Shown here piece after piece: positions 39,990-53,531 of a stretch of DNA of 64,000 nt; position 1 is the stretch's first letter, and each line of letters begins with the position of its first letter. Made by a program: the position numbers and the translations under genes. Source of the DNA: Octopus bimaculoides (lineage: Eukaryota); the NCBI RefSeq assembly GCF_001194135.2, contig NC_068988.1, positions 91,642,943-91,706,942 on the forward strand, given 5' to 3'. A model generated the notes under the pieces. It made no database searches, was not told the DNA's origin, and saw only the letters and a list, made by a program, of their open reading frames with translations.

Positions 39990-40500
39990 GCGAGCTTCTT
40001 TCAGTTTCCGTCTGCCAAATCCACTCACAAGGCTTTGGTCGGCCCAAGGCTATAGTAGAAGACACTTGCCCAAGGTGCCACGCAGTGGGGCTGAACCCGG
40101 AACCATGAGTTTGGGAAGCAAGCTTCTTGCCAATACTTGTTTCAGTCATTAGACTGCGGTCATGCTGGAACCGCCGTGAAGAATTTTTAGTCGAATGAAT
40201 CGATCTCAGTACTTTCTTTTTAAGCAGAGTACTTATTCTATCGGTCTCATTGGCCGAACCGCTTCAGTTACAGGGACGTAATCACATCAAGACCAGTCGT
40301 CAAGCTGTGGTGGGGGGCAAACACAAACACACACACACAGATATATACACATACGATGGGTTCTTTCAGCTTCCGTCTATGAAATCCACTCGCAAGGCTT
40401 CGGTCGACCGGAGGCTATAGTAGAAGACACTTGCCAAGGTGCCGGAAAACATGTGGTTGGGAAGCAAACTTCTTATCACACAGCCACGTCTGCGCCTATA
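39990..40500 (-). mobile_element. Two tandem SINE family A copies
   Basis: Head segments at 39990-40130 and 40355-40500 flank one body segment. Confidence 0.8.
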
Positions 40501-40502
40501 TA

Positions 40503-41182
40503 TTGGGTCATCCCATAAATAATGCGGTTTTTTAATACTTCTATTTCTTCAAAATTACGATAAACATAGTTCTTTTTAATCTAAAATATACTCTCCTTCG
40601 TCTTCTACAATGCTCTTCCATCTTATCTGGTAGACTTGCAGGTCCCTTTTCCAAAATTCACTTGTCCGTGACGAAAAATACTCTTCTGACCTTGATCCAC
40701 AGAATTCATATTTTCTCCGTCCAAATGATTTTGAAGACTGCGGAATAAATGATAATCAGATGGGGTAATGTCCAGCGAATATGGTGGGTGGGGCATCGTT
40801 TCCCATTCAAACTGCTCAAGCCTTTGGAATGCCATCCTCGCTGTAAGTGGCCGAGCATTATCCTAACGGAAGAACACCTCTCGTCTTGAAACCAAAGATG
40901 GTCGTTTTTTCTTCTAGCGCTGACTTGAATGACTGGTTGAATGACCAAATCAAAGCTTCTCTGCTAGTTCATCAATGGGATTTTGTTCCACCAGGGTTTG
41001 CAGGACGCCCTCGTCGAGCTCTACAGATCTTCCAGGACGAGGTTCGTTTTCTAGGCTGTAGTTTCCGACTCGGAATTTCTGGAACCACCGTTGACACTGG
41101 CTTACGCTTATTGTCCGATCCCTATATACTGCATTAATATTCCTCGCACTTAAAAACCGAAATGACTTTCTTGTCAACCCAA
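40503..41182 (-). mobile_element. Non-autonomous mariner derivative (680 bp) with non-matching termini
   Basis: TA flanks; SQCQRWFQKFRVGNYSLENEPRPGR and WETMPHPPYSLDITPSDYHLFRSLQNHLDG transposase motifs. Confidence 0.9.
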
Positions 41183-41622
41183 TATATTTATATAAGTTTT
41201 GTAGTTTAAATTGGATGCCAAACGAAACAATTATAGGTGAAGATGTTAATCAATTAATAAATTAATTTATATCCATTAGATCTCTCTGTTTTTAAATTAT
41301 ATATATATACACGAGTGTGTGTGTGTACATTTATATATATATATATTTATTTATTTATTTATTTATTTATGTGTTTTAGCCAAGTGGCTGCGGTCATGCT
41401 GGTGCACCACCATATATATATATATAAATAAATATATTCAAAATAAATGGAAGTGGAGAGACAAGTTACTGAAGAGATTGCAAAAGTGCAATGAAATAAT
41501 TTAACAAAAAACTATATAAATTAATAAAGGACTGAACCAGTGCGTGTGTTTATTACCGGCATAATGCCTCTCCCAAGGTTTAATTGTATTTCTTTCAACA
41601 CACGTATCCACANNNNNNNNNN

Positions 41623-41655
<33 letters not shown>

Positions 41656-44329
41656 TGCATGTTATATGTGAGTGTATATGTACATGTGCAAATATCTATA
41701 TATGAGTGTGGTTATTTGCACGTGTGTGTCAAATCTATCATTAGATGGTAGGGCAGAGGCGACAGGTGGTCATCATTGGTGCAAAAATCATGCATCCCTG
41801 GAGCATGTGCTAGTAGCATGCAAGTAATCTCTTGCAGAGAATGCCTAGCAAGATATCCACCGCAGTCATGAGTATTTTTTCTGATGAAGAACAACAACAA
41901 CAACAACAACGATGTTGTCGCTTTAACGCAATGGAAATCAACACCAAGTTACATCTCATTTTCCATACAGAGGGTGAGAAAGGACAATGAAGGAACGTAA
42001 ACAAGCGAAAGCCGATACCCAGACATCTGCATAGCGCTAATTGAGTCGAATGAAGCACTCATATTCCTTAGTCATATTGTAATAAAGATGCAACACCTAA
42101 ATATTATGACTTGAGTTAGCAGTGTCACGAGAAAGCAATATGACGTCGGCATACGAATGAAAGAGTCTAACACAGGGAACGCTTAGGAAATCGTATGAAG
42201 CACAAGAAAGGCAGTGTACGGTGCTTCAATGCGTCGTCATCGTCATCGTTTAACGTCCGCTTTCCATGCTAGCATGGGTCGGACGATTTGACTGAAGACT
42301 GGTGAAACCGGATGGCAACACCAGGCTCCAATCTGATTTGGCAGAGTTTCTACAGCTGGATGCCATTCCTAACGCCAACCACTCCGAGAGTGTAGTGGGT
42401 GCTTTTACGTGCCACCGGCATGAGGGCCAGTCAGGAGATACTGGCAACGACCACGATCGAAATGGTGTATTTTACGTGCCACCTGCACAGGAGCCAGTCC
42501 AGCGGCACTGGCAACGATGAATTCACCTAACCCATACCAGCATGGAGAATGCGATGTAAAGCAACACACACACACACACACGTATTTACAACCAAAAGGA
42601 TAAAGTACACATAATTTATTCTTTCACTCAAAACTTAGACGCTTCCATGTTGCTACTTTGAAATAGTGAGAACAGTCTTCAGTTTCAAATAAATGGATGA
42701 CTATATATTTGTGCGTAAAATCATCGTTTTTACATCTGCTCTTCCACACTGGCATGGGTTAGACAAGACATTTTGAGGCAGTTCATTTAGTGGCCTCTTG
42801 CAACATACTTCGATATAGTGAAGTTATTCTAACTGGGATACAAAAGAAGTCTAAAACTGGGATATACACATGATAGATATATGCACACAGTGCCTCCAGC
42901 TTGGCCACAGTTTAATGGCTGATATGAGCCTTACGAAGGAGATAACAAAGGACCGAGATATCTGGCGTCTTGCTGAAGACCGACCCACCACTGCAGAATT
43001 GATACCGGTGTTGGTGTCACATAAAAAGCGATCGTGCTGATCCCACGTTAAAAGCACCCAGTACACTCTATAAAGTGGTTGGCGTTAGGAACGTCATCCA
43101 ACCGTAGAAATCATGCCAGAACAGACAAGGGAGCCTGGTACAATCCCCCGGCCTTACCAGCTCCTGTCGAACAGTCCAGCCCATGCCTGTATGGAAAACG
43201 GACGTATGATGATGATGATGGCGTGTTTGTGTGTGTGTCATTTAAATGTGGCATCATTCACCGAGATGAGTTGAGGCGACGCCAACTAGCCAATTCACAG
43301 CACTGTGAACAGAGGCTAAACACGCTCTTCAATCACAGATGACCTAACATGGAGATTGTTCATCAGTCACGATTCCAATGACAGGCATCATATATACGAG
43401 GACCAGTTACTGATTCAAACTCTGACACGACTGTACATATCCATGTTTTCAGCCGCTGGACCTCACCATTTACGCCATCTTATATGAGAACTTCTCCGGA
43501 GATGATTCAAACAAGGTCATCTGCTGAAAATATTGTTTTAAGTACATGATGTCTGACATCAGAATTACAACTAGTTGACACTGTCCACATTGAATGTCGT
43601 GATTGCCAAGCATGGTCAGCCTCTGTGTATTATAAATTCTATTTCAACCAAATGTTTGAAAACACTACAATATTAATGAAAACAATAACCAGCCAACTTC
43701 CTTCCTTCATCTTGGATATAATATTAGTTATCTAGCTCTTAGCGAGATCGGCACAATTTGTCGAAAGAAGGCGCAATCTGCCGAAACAAGTTGTCTGCAA
43801 ATTATAGATCATAAAATATATTATGGAAAAAAAAAACACTGCTTTGAATTAATATTTATTCCTCGCATGCTTCTTTCCTCTTTACAAGATAAATAAACAA
43901 AGTTCATGTGTCTATGTGTTTGTTTATATATTAACATAAGAGTTATTTATATCTTGTAACCTCGCAGTTTATCATGTAAATAGAACGATCAAATAAATAC
44001 TAGACTGAAATTGATTAACTCTAAACCCTTGAAGGCGGTAGGTACCCCAACATGGCTATAGTCCAATGATTAAAAAGAATAAACGAGCGAGCGTGCGTGC
44101 GTGTGTGTGAGGGAGAGAGAGCATGGTGGGGGGGGGGGTATCAGAGTTGGTATACTGAAAAGCGAATCTACTTCAGCGAGAAGACAGAAAGAAATGAAAT
44201 AGAGAAAATAGAATTATTGACCGCACAAAGAGAAAGTATAAGGGTTACAAAGCTGTGGATCACGGGACAGCAGCAACAAGCAGTCAAGTTAGCCAGGGAA
44301 GGAAGTGAAACGACATTCACAGCCGAGAC

Positions 44330-44420
44330 AAATGTTGATATCAGTCACAAGATGGACGTCTCAATCACGTGACCACGGGTACGTCCGGGTGGAGGCGGAG
44401 GAGGAGTATGAATGGGCGCG
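44330..44420. promoter_or_regulatory. CpG-rich promoter-like patch with TCACGTGAC E-box (44365-44373) and GGAGGCGGAG GC box
   Basis: Motifs seen directly in non-repeat CpG-dense DNA; function inferred. Confidence 0.45.
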
Positions 44421-46385
44421 GTGGTTACGTCTCCGAGTTCGAATTCCGTCAAGTGGAAATTTACCTTAAATCCTTGCAGAGTTGATGGAATAAGTAGCAG
44501 CAGATATTGGGGTGTATATAAATCGACTAAATTACTCCCATCTCACAAAAAAAAGAAAAGAAAAATAGCCTTATGGTTGCATCACCGAAGACTGATTCTT
44601 TGGATCCCTGCAATAATGAAATACCTTCCAAGCTTCTTCTCTGTAACAAGTGTTTATCATGCCGTGTGAAGCATAAAACAAATTCTTTAGTTGGTGGAGG
44701 AGTTGGGAATAGGGGAGGGGTTTTGTTTATTGTTTTCTTTTGTAGAAATATAAAAGTATTGCGAGGAAGTGTCAACTGTCATATTTGGAGGTAAACAAAT
44801 AATTTTATCTTAGAATAATGAATAGTCAGTTCAAACGGCTTCTAGTTATTATTATTATTATTATTATTGTTATTATTATTAAGGTGGCGGGCTATCAGAA
44901 TGCGTGCTACTTAAATTTCCAATACTACAGGCTTAAAGTTGCTGGTCTAATATTAAACAACGAACAAAATGCTTAGCAGAATTTCTTCCGGCTCTAAATT
45001 ATACAGTTAAACTTCCGCCGAAATCAACTTTGTCATCTTTTCAGGGTGGACAAAATAAGCACCAGTTGCGCACTGTAATCGACTAAACCCCGCCCACTAA
45101 AATTACAGGCCTTGTGCCAAAATTTGAAACAATTATCATTATGAATTTATTTGTGCTAATTTCCATGAATGAAAAAGTTTAACAGAAACAAAACGTTATT
45201 CTTAGGAAGATTTAATGTTTTGCGTAATGAGATATTTAAATGTTTGTTTTTCTAACAAAGACACAAGACCACATAATTTCTATAAATATTACAAGGAACA
45301 GTCGATTTGTACCGACAGTTTCAATGGTACTTTATTTAATCCATCTAGGGAAGGCGAAAGGCAAAATCGAACACATTGGGTCTCGCATACAAAAACAACG
45401 GGAACTTCATTTATTTTTCAATGAATACATTTTCCTGTGATGTGGCGATGTTCAATAGAAGTAATAACTTAAAACTACCACTATTCTTAATAGGATAGGT
45501 CTTGTGTGTGTGTGTGTGTGTGTACAGGTAAACAAAACACTAGATATTTAAGAAAGTATAGCACTAATGTTGCAGCTACGCAGTAGGCAGGCTACTCGGT
45601 ACTTATATATATATAGATATATGCATATATAGTTAGGCACATATATGTCTATTTCTTTCTTTCTCTCTCTCTCTATATATGTATGTGTGTGTGTGTGTGT
45701 GCATGCATGTACGTTTGTATATATTTGTGTGTGTGTGTAGTATGATGTCAGTTACCAATCAACAGGAGACGGGATACTAAAAATAAAGTTGATTAATAGT
45801 AGCAGAATCGTTAGATCGGTGCTGGTAGTATAATGTTAGTTCGGTTTGTTTTACGTCTCGATTCCCAGTTTCTCCATGGTTGAATTTTTGTTCATCATTC
45901 CTCCAAGATACATAAAATGAAAACCAATAGTTTACAGAAATTGATTAAATCAACTGTTCCGTCCCCGATAAAAAGATTTCAGGTACCACAAATAAAGTAT
46001 GAGCCAAAATATGAGTTCGAATTCCGTTCGGGACAATTTCGTATTTCACTCATCTGAAGTCGAATCAACTACATCCTCCACAAACGTCCGTGTCTTGCAA
46101 ACCAGTATATATTAATAATAATGGCATTGGTTAAATTATTTCGTAATGAGGGAGTCTGGGAGAGTTAAAGTGACTGGTTGTTTTATCGACCGGAAAAGGG
46201 TGAGAAGCACAATTATCAAAAAAGAAAGAAAACCGACGAACGAACCCAGGAAATAATGATTTACCAGATTTGCACACGTCACAAATTTTAGTGAGGTAAG
46301 AGTGGAGTCGATTAAATCGCTTCCTGTATATGACACACTTGCTTCAGTTAGCAATTGTTATACCTACGGCTTTTTAACTAGTAAA

Positions 46386-46445
<60 letters not shown>

Positions 46446-48489
46446 GTGTAAACAGCTTGTCCCAGGGTTGAGGTATCGGGGCTCACGGAGGAAATACTGC
46501 ACAGTGTTTTGCCTAATGTACTCTGGATTCTGCTGGAGGTTGAAAGCCAGTAATCCCGAGGGGAGGAACAACAGCGATCGTTATTCTCACCATTATTAAT
46601 TAGTGTAGTAAAATGAATGGAGTTAAAAGTGTGACCTTGAAAATAAACAGAAAAACGGGAAAGATAAAGATGAAGCAAGATTGAGACAAAAAGACAGATG
46701 GGGAAGGAAGACGCGTTTAGATAAAGAGTGAGATTAGCTGACCCTGTCAAGTGCCAACCTCCATAAATACATGTGCATGTACTTGTATAAAAATACATGA
46801 CGGAGCATGGCCTAGGATGTTGTACTCACGATCGCTGAACCGTGATTTCGAATCCCGAACAAGACGATGCGTTGTGTTCTTGAGCAAAACAACTTATTTT
46901 ACGTTACTTTGCAATCACATCCACATCTAATGCATGGCACACCCTGCACCTGTACAGACAATATTGATTTCATGGAGAACGTGAATTCATGTGTAGCACA
47001 AACATCTGGTCACTATAAACAAATCATCTTTGCAGATTATTGAGCAAGAAATTGTGTTATCAACTCGAGAGACTACCAACCAACCAACCAAAGGTATATG
47101 GGGTCAGAACACGATAGTTCCCAGAGCCAACGTGTGAAACGGAGTTTTAGTCACCTTTTACTCCGGAGACGCCAGACGGCACTTCGGGGCGAGTGTCAAA
47201 GCCTCTTCTAACTGCTGTGCCACAGTTCAGGTAAAGTCGAAAGTTAGACGCAGCAAGTAGAAGGGGATGAGATAGTGAGATACATTCAAAAACTGTGGTG
47301 ACACAAATGGCCGCAGCGTCCAGTTGGCTACAATCTCGTCAAGCTCTTTTGTCATTGCATTAAGATTAACGAGGAAATGGATGTACTACAGCTTTTCTGC
47401 CCTCATCGAAGTAATGCACTGACTTCGTTTACATTGCCAAAGCTGACGGACACTTATCTTCGACCCACTACAGGTAAAAGTGTTTGGGAGTAGAAAGGGC
47501 ATCAAGTCAAAAAACCAAGCTAAAGGAAGTCTTTCCACATCCACTCACCAGGTGTTTGGTCGGCTTGGGCTCATTTGCCCAAGGTATCGTGCAGTGCGAC
47601 TGCACCGAAGATCAAATCGCTGTAAAGCAAGTTTCTTACCACACAGACACGCCTTTAGAATATATGTAAATAAATTCGTATCCGTATGTATGTAGATATG
47701 TATACGTGTATGTATGGTTTTGCATTAAAACAAATGCTAACCGGCAATATAAAAGGTGTCAACGCCGTAAAAGTTTACAAGCATAACACTGCCATATGGT
47801 CAAAACAGCTGGTCTATATACACAAGTCAACTTACAACTACTACTACAGCAACAAAACAAGATATTAACTTTATTAACAAGTGGTTACTTGACATAATAT
47901 ATAACAAAAAGTTTAATAACAAATTAAATTATATTTATAGAATAGGTACTAATTGCATAGGTATTTTCTACATGCCTTGGACAACTATCGGCCTAAGATG
48001 TACAAATTTAATTTGTCAACATATATACATACACACATACATATATCTACATACATATATATATACACACATACATATACATACATACACACATATATAC
48101 ATACATACATACATATACACACATATACATTCATATACACACACATATATATACATGTCCACACACATATACATACATATACTCACATATATATACATAT
48201 ACACACACATATATATATATATATACACACACATATATATATATACACACACACATATATATAGATATACACACACNNNNNNNNNNNNNNNNNNNNNNNN
48301 NNNNNNNNNNNNNNNNNNNNNNNNNNNNNNNNNNNNNNNNNNNNNNNNNNNNNNNNNNNNNNNNNNNNNNNNNNNNNNNNNNNNNNNNNNNNNNNNNNNN
48401 NNNNNNNNNNNNNNNNNNNNNNNNNNNNNNNNNNNNNNNNNNNNNNNNNNNNNNNNNNNNNNNNNNNNNNNNNNNNNNNNNNNNNNNNN

Positions 48490-48528
<39 letters not shown>

Positions 48529-48944
48529 TACAAAAATTGTGTATGTGTGTGTGTGTGTGTATGATCATGATCTTTTTTTATCTTTTGTTACAGTGATTGA
48601 ATAGCAGCCGTGTGCCGCAGCACTGAATTGAAGGGTTTAGTTGAACAAATTGACCCTAGTTCTTAATTTATAGGTCTCATTTGCTGAACTGGTAAGTTAC
48701 AGGGGTAGAAACAAACTAAACACTAGTTGTCAACCAGTGAGGACAGGGAGCAAAGAACAAATGCAAAAACACACATACACACATTCGGTTTCCACAGAGT
48801 TTCTGTTCAGCAAATTTACTCATAAGGCATTGATCAGGCCAAGAAAATACAAGAAGAGAACTTGCCAAAGGCGCTATGCAACAGGACTGAACATGAAAAC
48901 GTATGGATGTAAAGCAAGCTTTTTAAATACCAAGCCATATACTC

Positions 48945-48999
<55 letters not shown>

Positions 49000-49144
49000 T
49001 GGTGGAACATGAAAGCACGCACTACGCTTTCAGAGTGGTTGGCATTAGGAAGGGCATCCATCTGTAGAAATTCTGCCAGAGCAGATTCGAGCCTGGTGCA
49101 GCCATCTGGTAAGCCAGTCCTCAGTCAAATCGTCCAACCCAAGA

Positions 49145-49970
49145 CGGTGACAGGTGTATAAACAACAAGCAGGTGTATTAGTTTGACATTCAGAAAGGTG
49201 AGAAAGTCTTTTACATTTCAAGCCTATGCTCTTCAACAGAAAGGAACACAAGGAAATAAACAGAGAGAGAATAAAGACAAAACTTGTGGGTTTAGGGGTC
49301 AATCATGGCTACTGGCTGGACAAAGGTGGTTAGACAGGAGAGCTAGGAAGAAATGAGGATAATAAAGTACTGGTGATCCCAAAACAAGGGTGCGCATGCG
49401 TGTGGGTAGAGGCTGGTGATGTGGATGTGTGGATGATGGCATGGGTGCTGGGAAGTGGTCAGTGCTAGTGTGTGCAGAGTGGTGTGATGTGGTGTGGGTT
49501 TGGGGTGAGGTGAAGATGTGGGAGTAGAGTGTGGGGTGGGGATGGAGGGGGGTTATCAATGAAGGAAGAAGGTGGGTAGGAGTGAAGAGAAGAAGTAGGT
49601 ATCAGAGCAAGAGAGAGGATTGAGGAGAGGAGGGGAATCAGATGAAGAGTGGAGGAGTTGAGCCCATGTGGAACAAAAGAGCAAAGAGAGAAAATTAGTT
49701 CACGGTGAAGGCAGGAGTTCAGATGACCCCTGCACAAAGACAATCCAAACACAGGCAGATGTTGTAATGAATGACTGGTAGAGAAGAAATGGCATGGGCG
49801 GGAGCAGAGGAACAAGCCAGGTTGGGAGGTGGAGTTAGGGAAGAAACTGTGGACCAGGAGGTCACATAGGTTGTGGGCTCATTTGAAGGAAGGAAGGGGT
49901 AGGTTGGGGAAGATGTGCGAAATGGAGGGGGTCGGACTGGAGTCACCGGAAGGCTCAGAGAATGGTGCAC
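49145..49970 (-). mobile_element. Penelope-like retroelement remnant (GIY-YIG endonuclease C-terminus plus terminal repeat)
   Basis: ORF 49465-49815 contains HFFSTSHSLQHLPVFGLSLC...HRELIFSLCSFVPHGLN, matching the HF..H...L.V.G...E..LI..L....P.GLN end of PLE GIY-YIG domains; terminal segment 49145-49290 recurs at 2650-2800. Confidence 0.8.
49208..49243 (-). ncRNA. Hammerhead-like motif with CUGUUGA core at a Penelope element end
   Basis: CUUU CUGUUGA a GAGC-auag-GCUU GAAA u GUA AAAG; 4-bp stem I, 4-bp stem II, loopless stem III. Confidence 0.5.
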
Positions 49971-50191
49971 CATTCCAATATTGGAAATGAATGACACTGC
50001 TTGTATGACAATAAAAGTCATTTACAACTATCTAGTGATGTTCAGACAAGGAAACAAACATACAACACTCATGCACATACACACAAACACATGCAGTAGG
50101 TTTTTACACGTCATGCACTGGGTTTGAGCACACACTCTCACACACACACACACATCCTATAAGCATACACACTTGCACAGGTATATTTACC

Positions 50192-50248
<57 letters not shown>

Positions 50249-51450
50249 ATACATACATATCACTAAATCATCCATAGATTTCTATGGTAAATACACATAT
50301 ACTGACTGGTGGAATAAGCCAACCCCAGTCCAATCAGGCAGCTCTCATTGTCAAAGCACGCAGAAATACACGAAACTAGATGTCTAGTCTGAGAGATTCT
50401 CAATTCGGTCATGGAGCAGTTTCTTTCCCTGTCAGCATATGTTTATACATTTGCGCTCTTCCTACAGCACCAGGAATATTTTACTCCTATTTCTAGCAAT
50501 GTAGATGTCTTGGTACCCTTAGTCACATTTAGTGATAATTAAATTTTTCCTTTCTGGTATTTTATTACGCCTAGCTGTTTATATTAACTTTAGAAATATA
50601 TCAGCATAGTTAAAGTTTCAGGGTCAGTTCCACAGAACAGCACCTTACACAAGTGAATTTCATCACTATAGATCCAGGCCAACCAATGTCTAGTAGGCAG
50701 AATTGGTAGATGGAAACTCATTGAATGTGCATATATTTATCTGTATTTGTGTGCATACATACGCAAATATTGACATCCCACTGCATTGCTTGTCACTAGC
50801 TGATAGAAAAAATAATATGATAGTTTCCTCTATGTAAACATTATGATTGGTCCCTTTATGCTTCTGAAAGCCTATCACAAGTAAGTGCTGGCAACAGGAA
50901 GAGCATCCAATCATAAAATCTTGCCACAAATAACCAATGTCCAAACTATCCTAGCATGGGAAAAATATGAATGCTAAATGAATCACTATATATACACAAG
51001 TAAATATACTCGTGCAAGTGTGTGTGTGTATGGTTAGGAAGTTTGCTCTCCAACCACTTGATTCTGGGCTCAAACCCAGTGCATGACACCTAAAGCAAGT
51101 GTCTTCTACTATAGCCCCAGGTCAACTAAAGCCTTGAGAGTAGATTTGCTAGACAGAAGCAGTAAGAAGCCCGCTGTGTGTGTTTGTGTATGTATGTGTA
51201 TGTGTGTTGTATGTTTGTTTCCTTGTCTGAACATCACTAGATAGTTGTAAATGACTGTTATTGTCATACAAGCCGTGTCATTCATTTCCAATATTCTGTG
51301 TAAAGGTGTCTCGGCATTACCTTGCTTGGAAACAGGTGAAGGTTGGCAGTAGGAAAGGCATGCAACCATAGAAAATCTGCCTCAAACTCTGCCCAATCCA
51401 AGCATGCATGGCATGGAAAAGTGGATGTTAAAACGATGATGGCAATAATG

Positions 51451-51483
<33 letters not shown>

Positions 51484-52044
51484 ACATCATCGTTTAACAA
51501 CCGCCTACCATGCTAGTTTGGGTTGGACAGTTTGACAAAGGCTACCCAGGTAGAAGATTGCACCAGACTTCTGTGTCTGTTCTGGCATGATTTTTACAGC
51601 TGGTTTAAAGCTGGATTGCTTCCTAACAACCACCCGACAGAGTGGACTGGCTGCTTTTTACATATATACATGCATACATATATATATATATTTACATATA
51701 TATAGATATAATGTACATGCACATGCAAAAGTGTGTAATCATGTGAGTGCATGTGTGCATTTGTATCTCCCTATGCCTTCTCTCTAAGGCATAGGGAGAT
51801 GTAAATGCACATATGCATTCTTAGTCTTATCTGAAAAATGGTATGAGTTGGCAACAGGAAGAACATCAGGGTGTAAAACATACCACAAATAACCCTAACC
51901 CAAACCTAATGTGGAAAATAGATATCATTCAAATGAACCTTACTGGTCCTTGCATGTTAACTTCTTCAATTCCAAGAGATGTAAAGTTAGGAAACCTTCA
52001 TAGTCAGCTTAAAATTTCTCACCAACCACAAAGCCACAAATATA

Positions 52045-52749
52045 TTGGGTCATCCCATAAACAATGTCGTTTTTCTTTCAATTGCATGAACCAGAAGTCG
52101 AAGAGGGACAGGATAAACTACCTGCATCAACTTGCTATAAAAGGAGGTAGTAAAGTTTTGAAGAGTACAGTTCGATTTTAACAGTTATTTTTTCAAAGCT
52201 ATAATAGAAGTGACAAAGGAGCATATTTGGGATACGTAATGTGCTTTTATGAGTTCAATAAAGGTAATATCCTGCAAACCCTGGTGGAACTAGCAGAGCA
52301 GCTTGGATTTGGTCATTCAAGACAGCACTAGAAGGAAAACGACCATCTTTGATTTCAAGATGGAAGGTGTTCTTCCATCAGGATAATGCTCGGCCACATA
52401 CAGCGAGGATGACATTCCAAAGACTGGAGCAATTTGAATAGGAAGTGATGCCCCACTCACCATATTCGCTGGACATTGCCCCATCTGATTATCTATTTCA
52501 CAGTCTTCCAAATTATTTGGACGGAAAAAATATGAATTCTGTAGATGAGGTCAGAACAATGCTAGAGGAGTGCCTTTTGTCACAGACAAGTGAATTTTTG
52601 AAGAGCCTTTGCAAGTCTACTAGATAGATGGAAGAGTATTGTAGAAAATGAAGGAGAGTATATTTTAGATTAAAAAAGAACTTTGTTCATCTTAATTTTG
52701 TAAAACAAGATGAGTATTAAAAAACTGCATTATTTATGGGATGACCCAA
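52045..52749 (+). mobile_element. Non-autonomous mariner derivative (705 bp), same family as 40503-41182
   Basis: Matching TIRs ttgggtcatcccataaa, TA flanks; FFHQDNARPHTAR and HSPYSLDIAPSDY motifs. Confidence 0.9.
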
Positions 52750-53531
52750 TATGTAACTTTTCTCTCAGTAAATTTACAATATAAATTAATGCATGTTGAT
52801 CTTTATTAAATTTGTAGCCATAAGAGCATTGGATAGACAGACTTGCAGAGGGTTGCAAAGGTCAACTTTGCTTTTTGATACTTATAATTTCAGGGTCAAT
52901 AATAAAAGTTCCAACATAAAGCAGTGGGTTGGTAAAATTGTTAGAGGGTTTGGAAACATGCCTTGTGATATCTGCTTTGGTTCATTGCATTATAAGAGTA
53001 ACAAATACAACAACACTGGTACCAAGCTGTATTAGTCTAAATCAGTAGCCTTTCCCTTGGATAAGTATCACCAGTGTACAGAGGGAAGATTTACATGTAT
53101 GGGCAATGCATGTAAGACCTCTCTCTAGTCTTCCTTTAAAAAAATCTCCCCCAGACCACATACATGGGCAAGAACATGGTAACCTCGACCAGTAGAGATA
53201 TTACACAAATGGATGGTCTCTGTTTCTATCACTTTATTCTGATGATACAATAAAAGCAAAACACATACTACTCAAACATGGTGCTTTCCTACACCACTGC
53301 TAATTTCAAGAAACTGTCCTTATGTCCCCACTACCACTAGTAACCTACCTGCTTTTTCTTTTTTTGTCTGGTAACAAATAACATACAAGGTAACCAGGAA
53401 TAACATTCTCAATATTATTAATAGCAGTACAATAATGACTATTACATGAAGTGAATTGTAAGTGAGCGGATATCCATCCACAAGTATTCTAATCTTCAAA
53501 AGGTAAATTGCCAATTTCTTTTCCTTTTCAG

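Noticed and set aside
38827-40152. Long ORFs spanning N runs (also 19546-20463, 47972-48604, 55847-56510)
   Set aside because: Artefacts of assembly gaps and microsatellites
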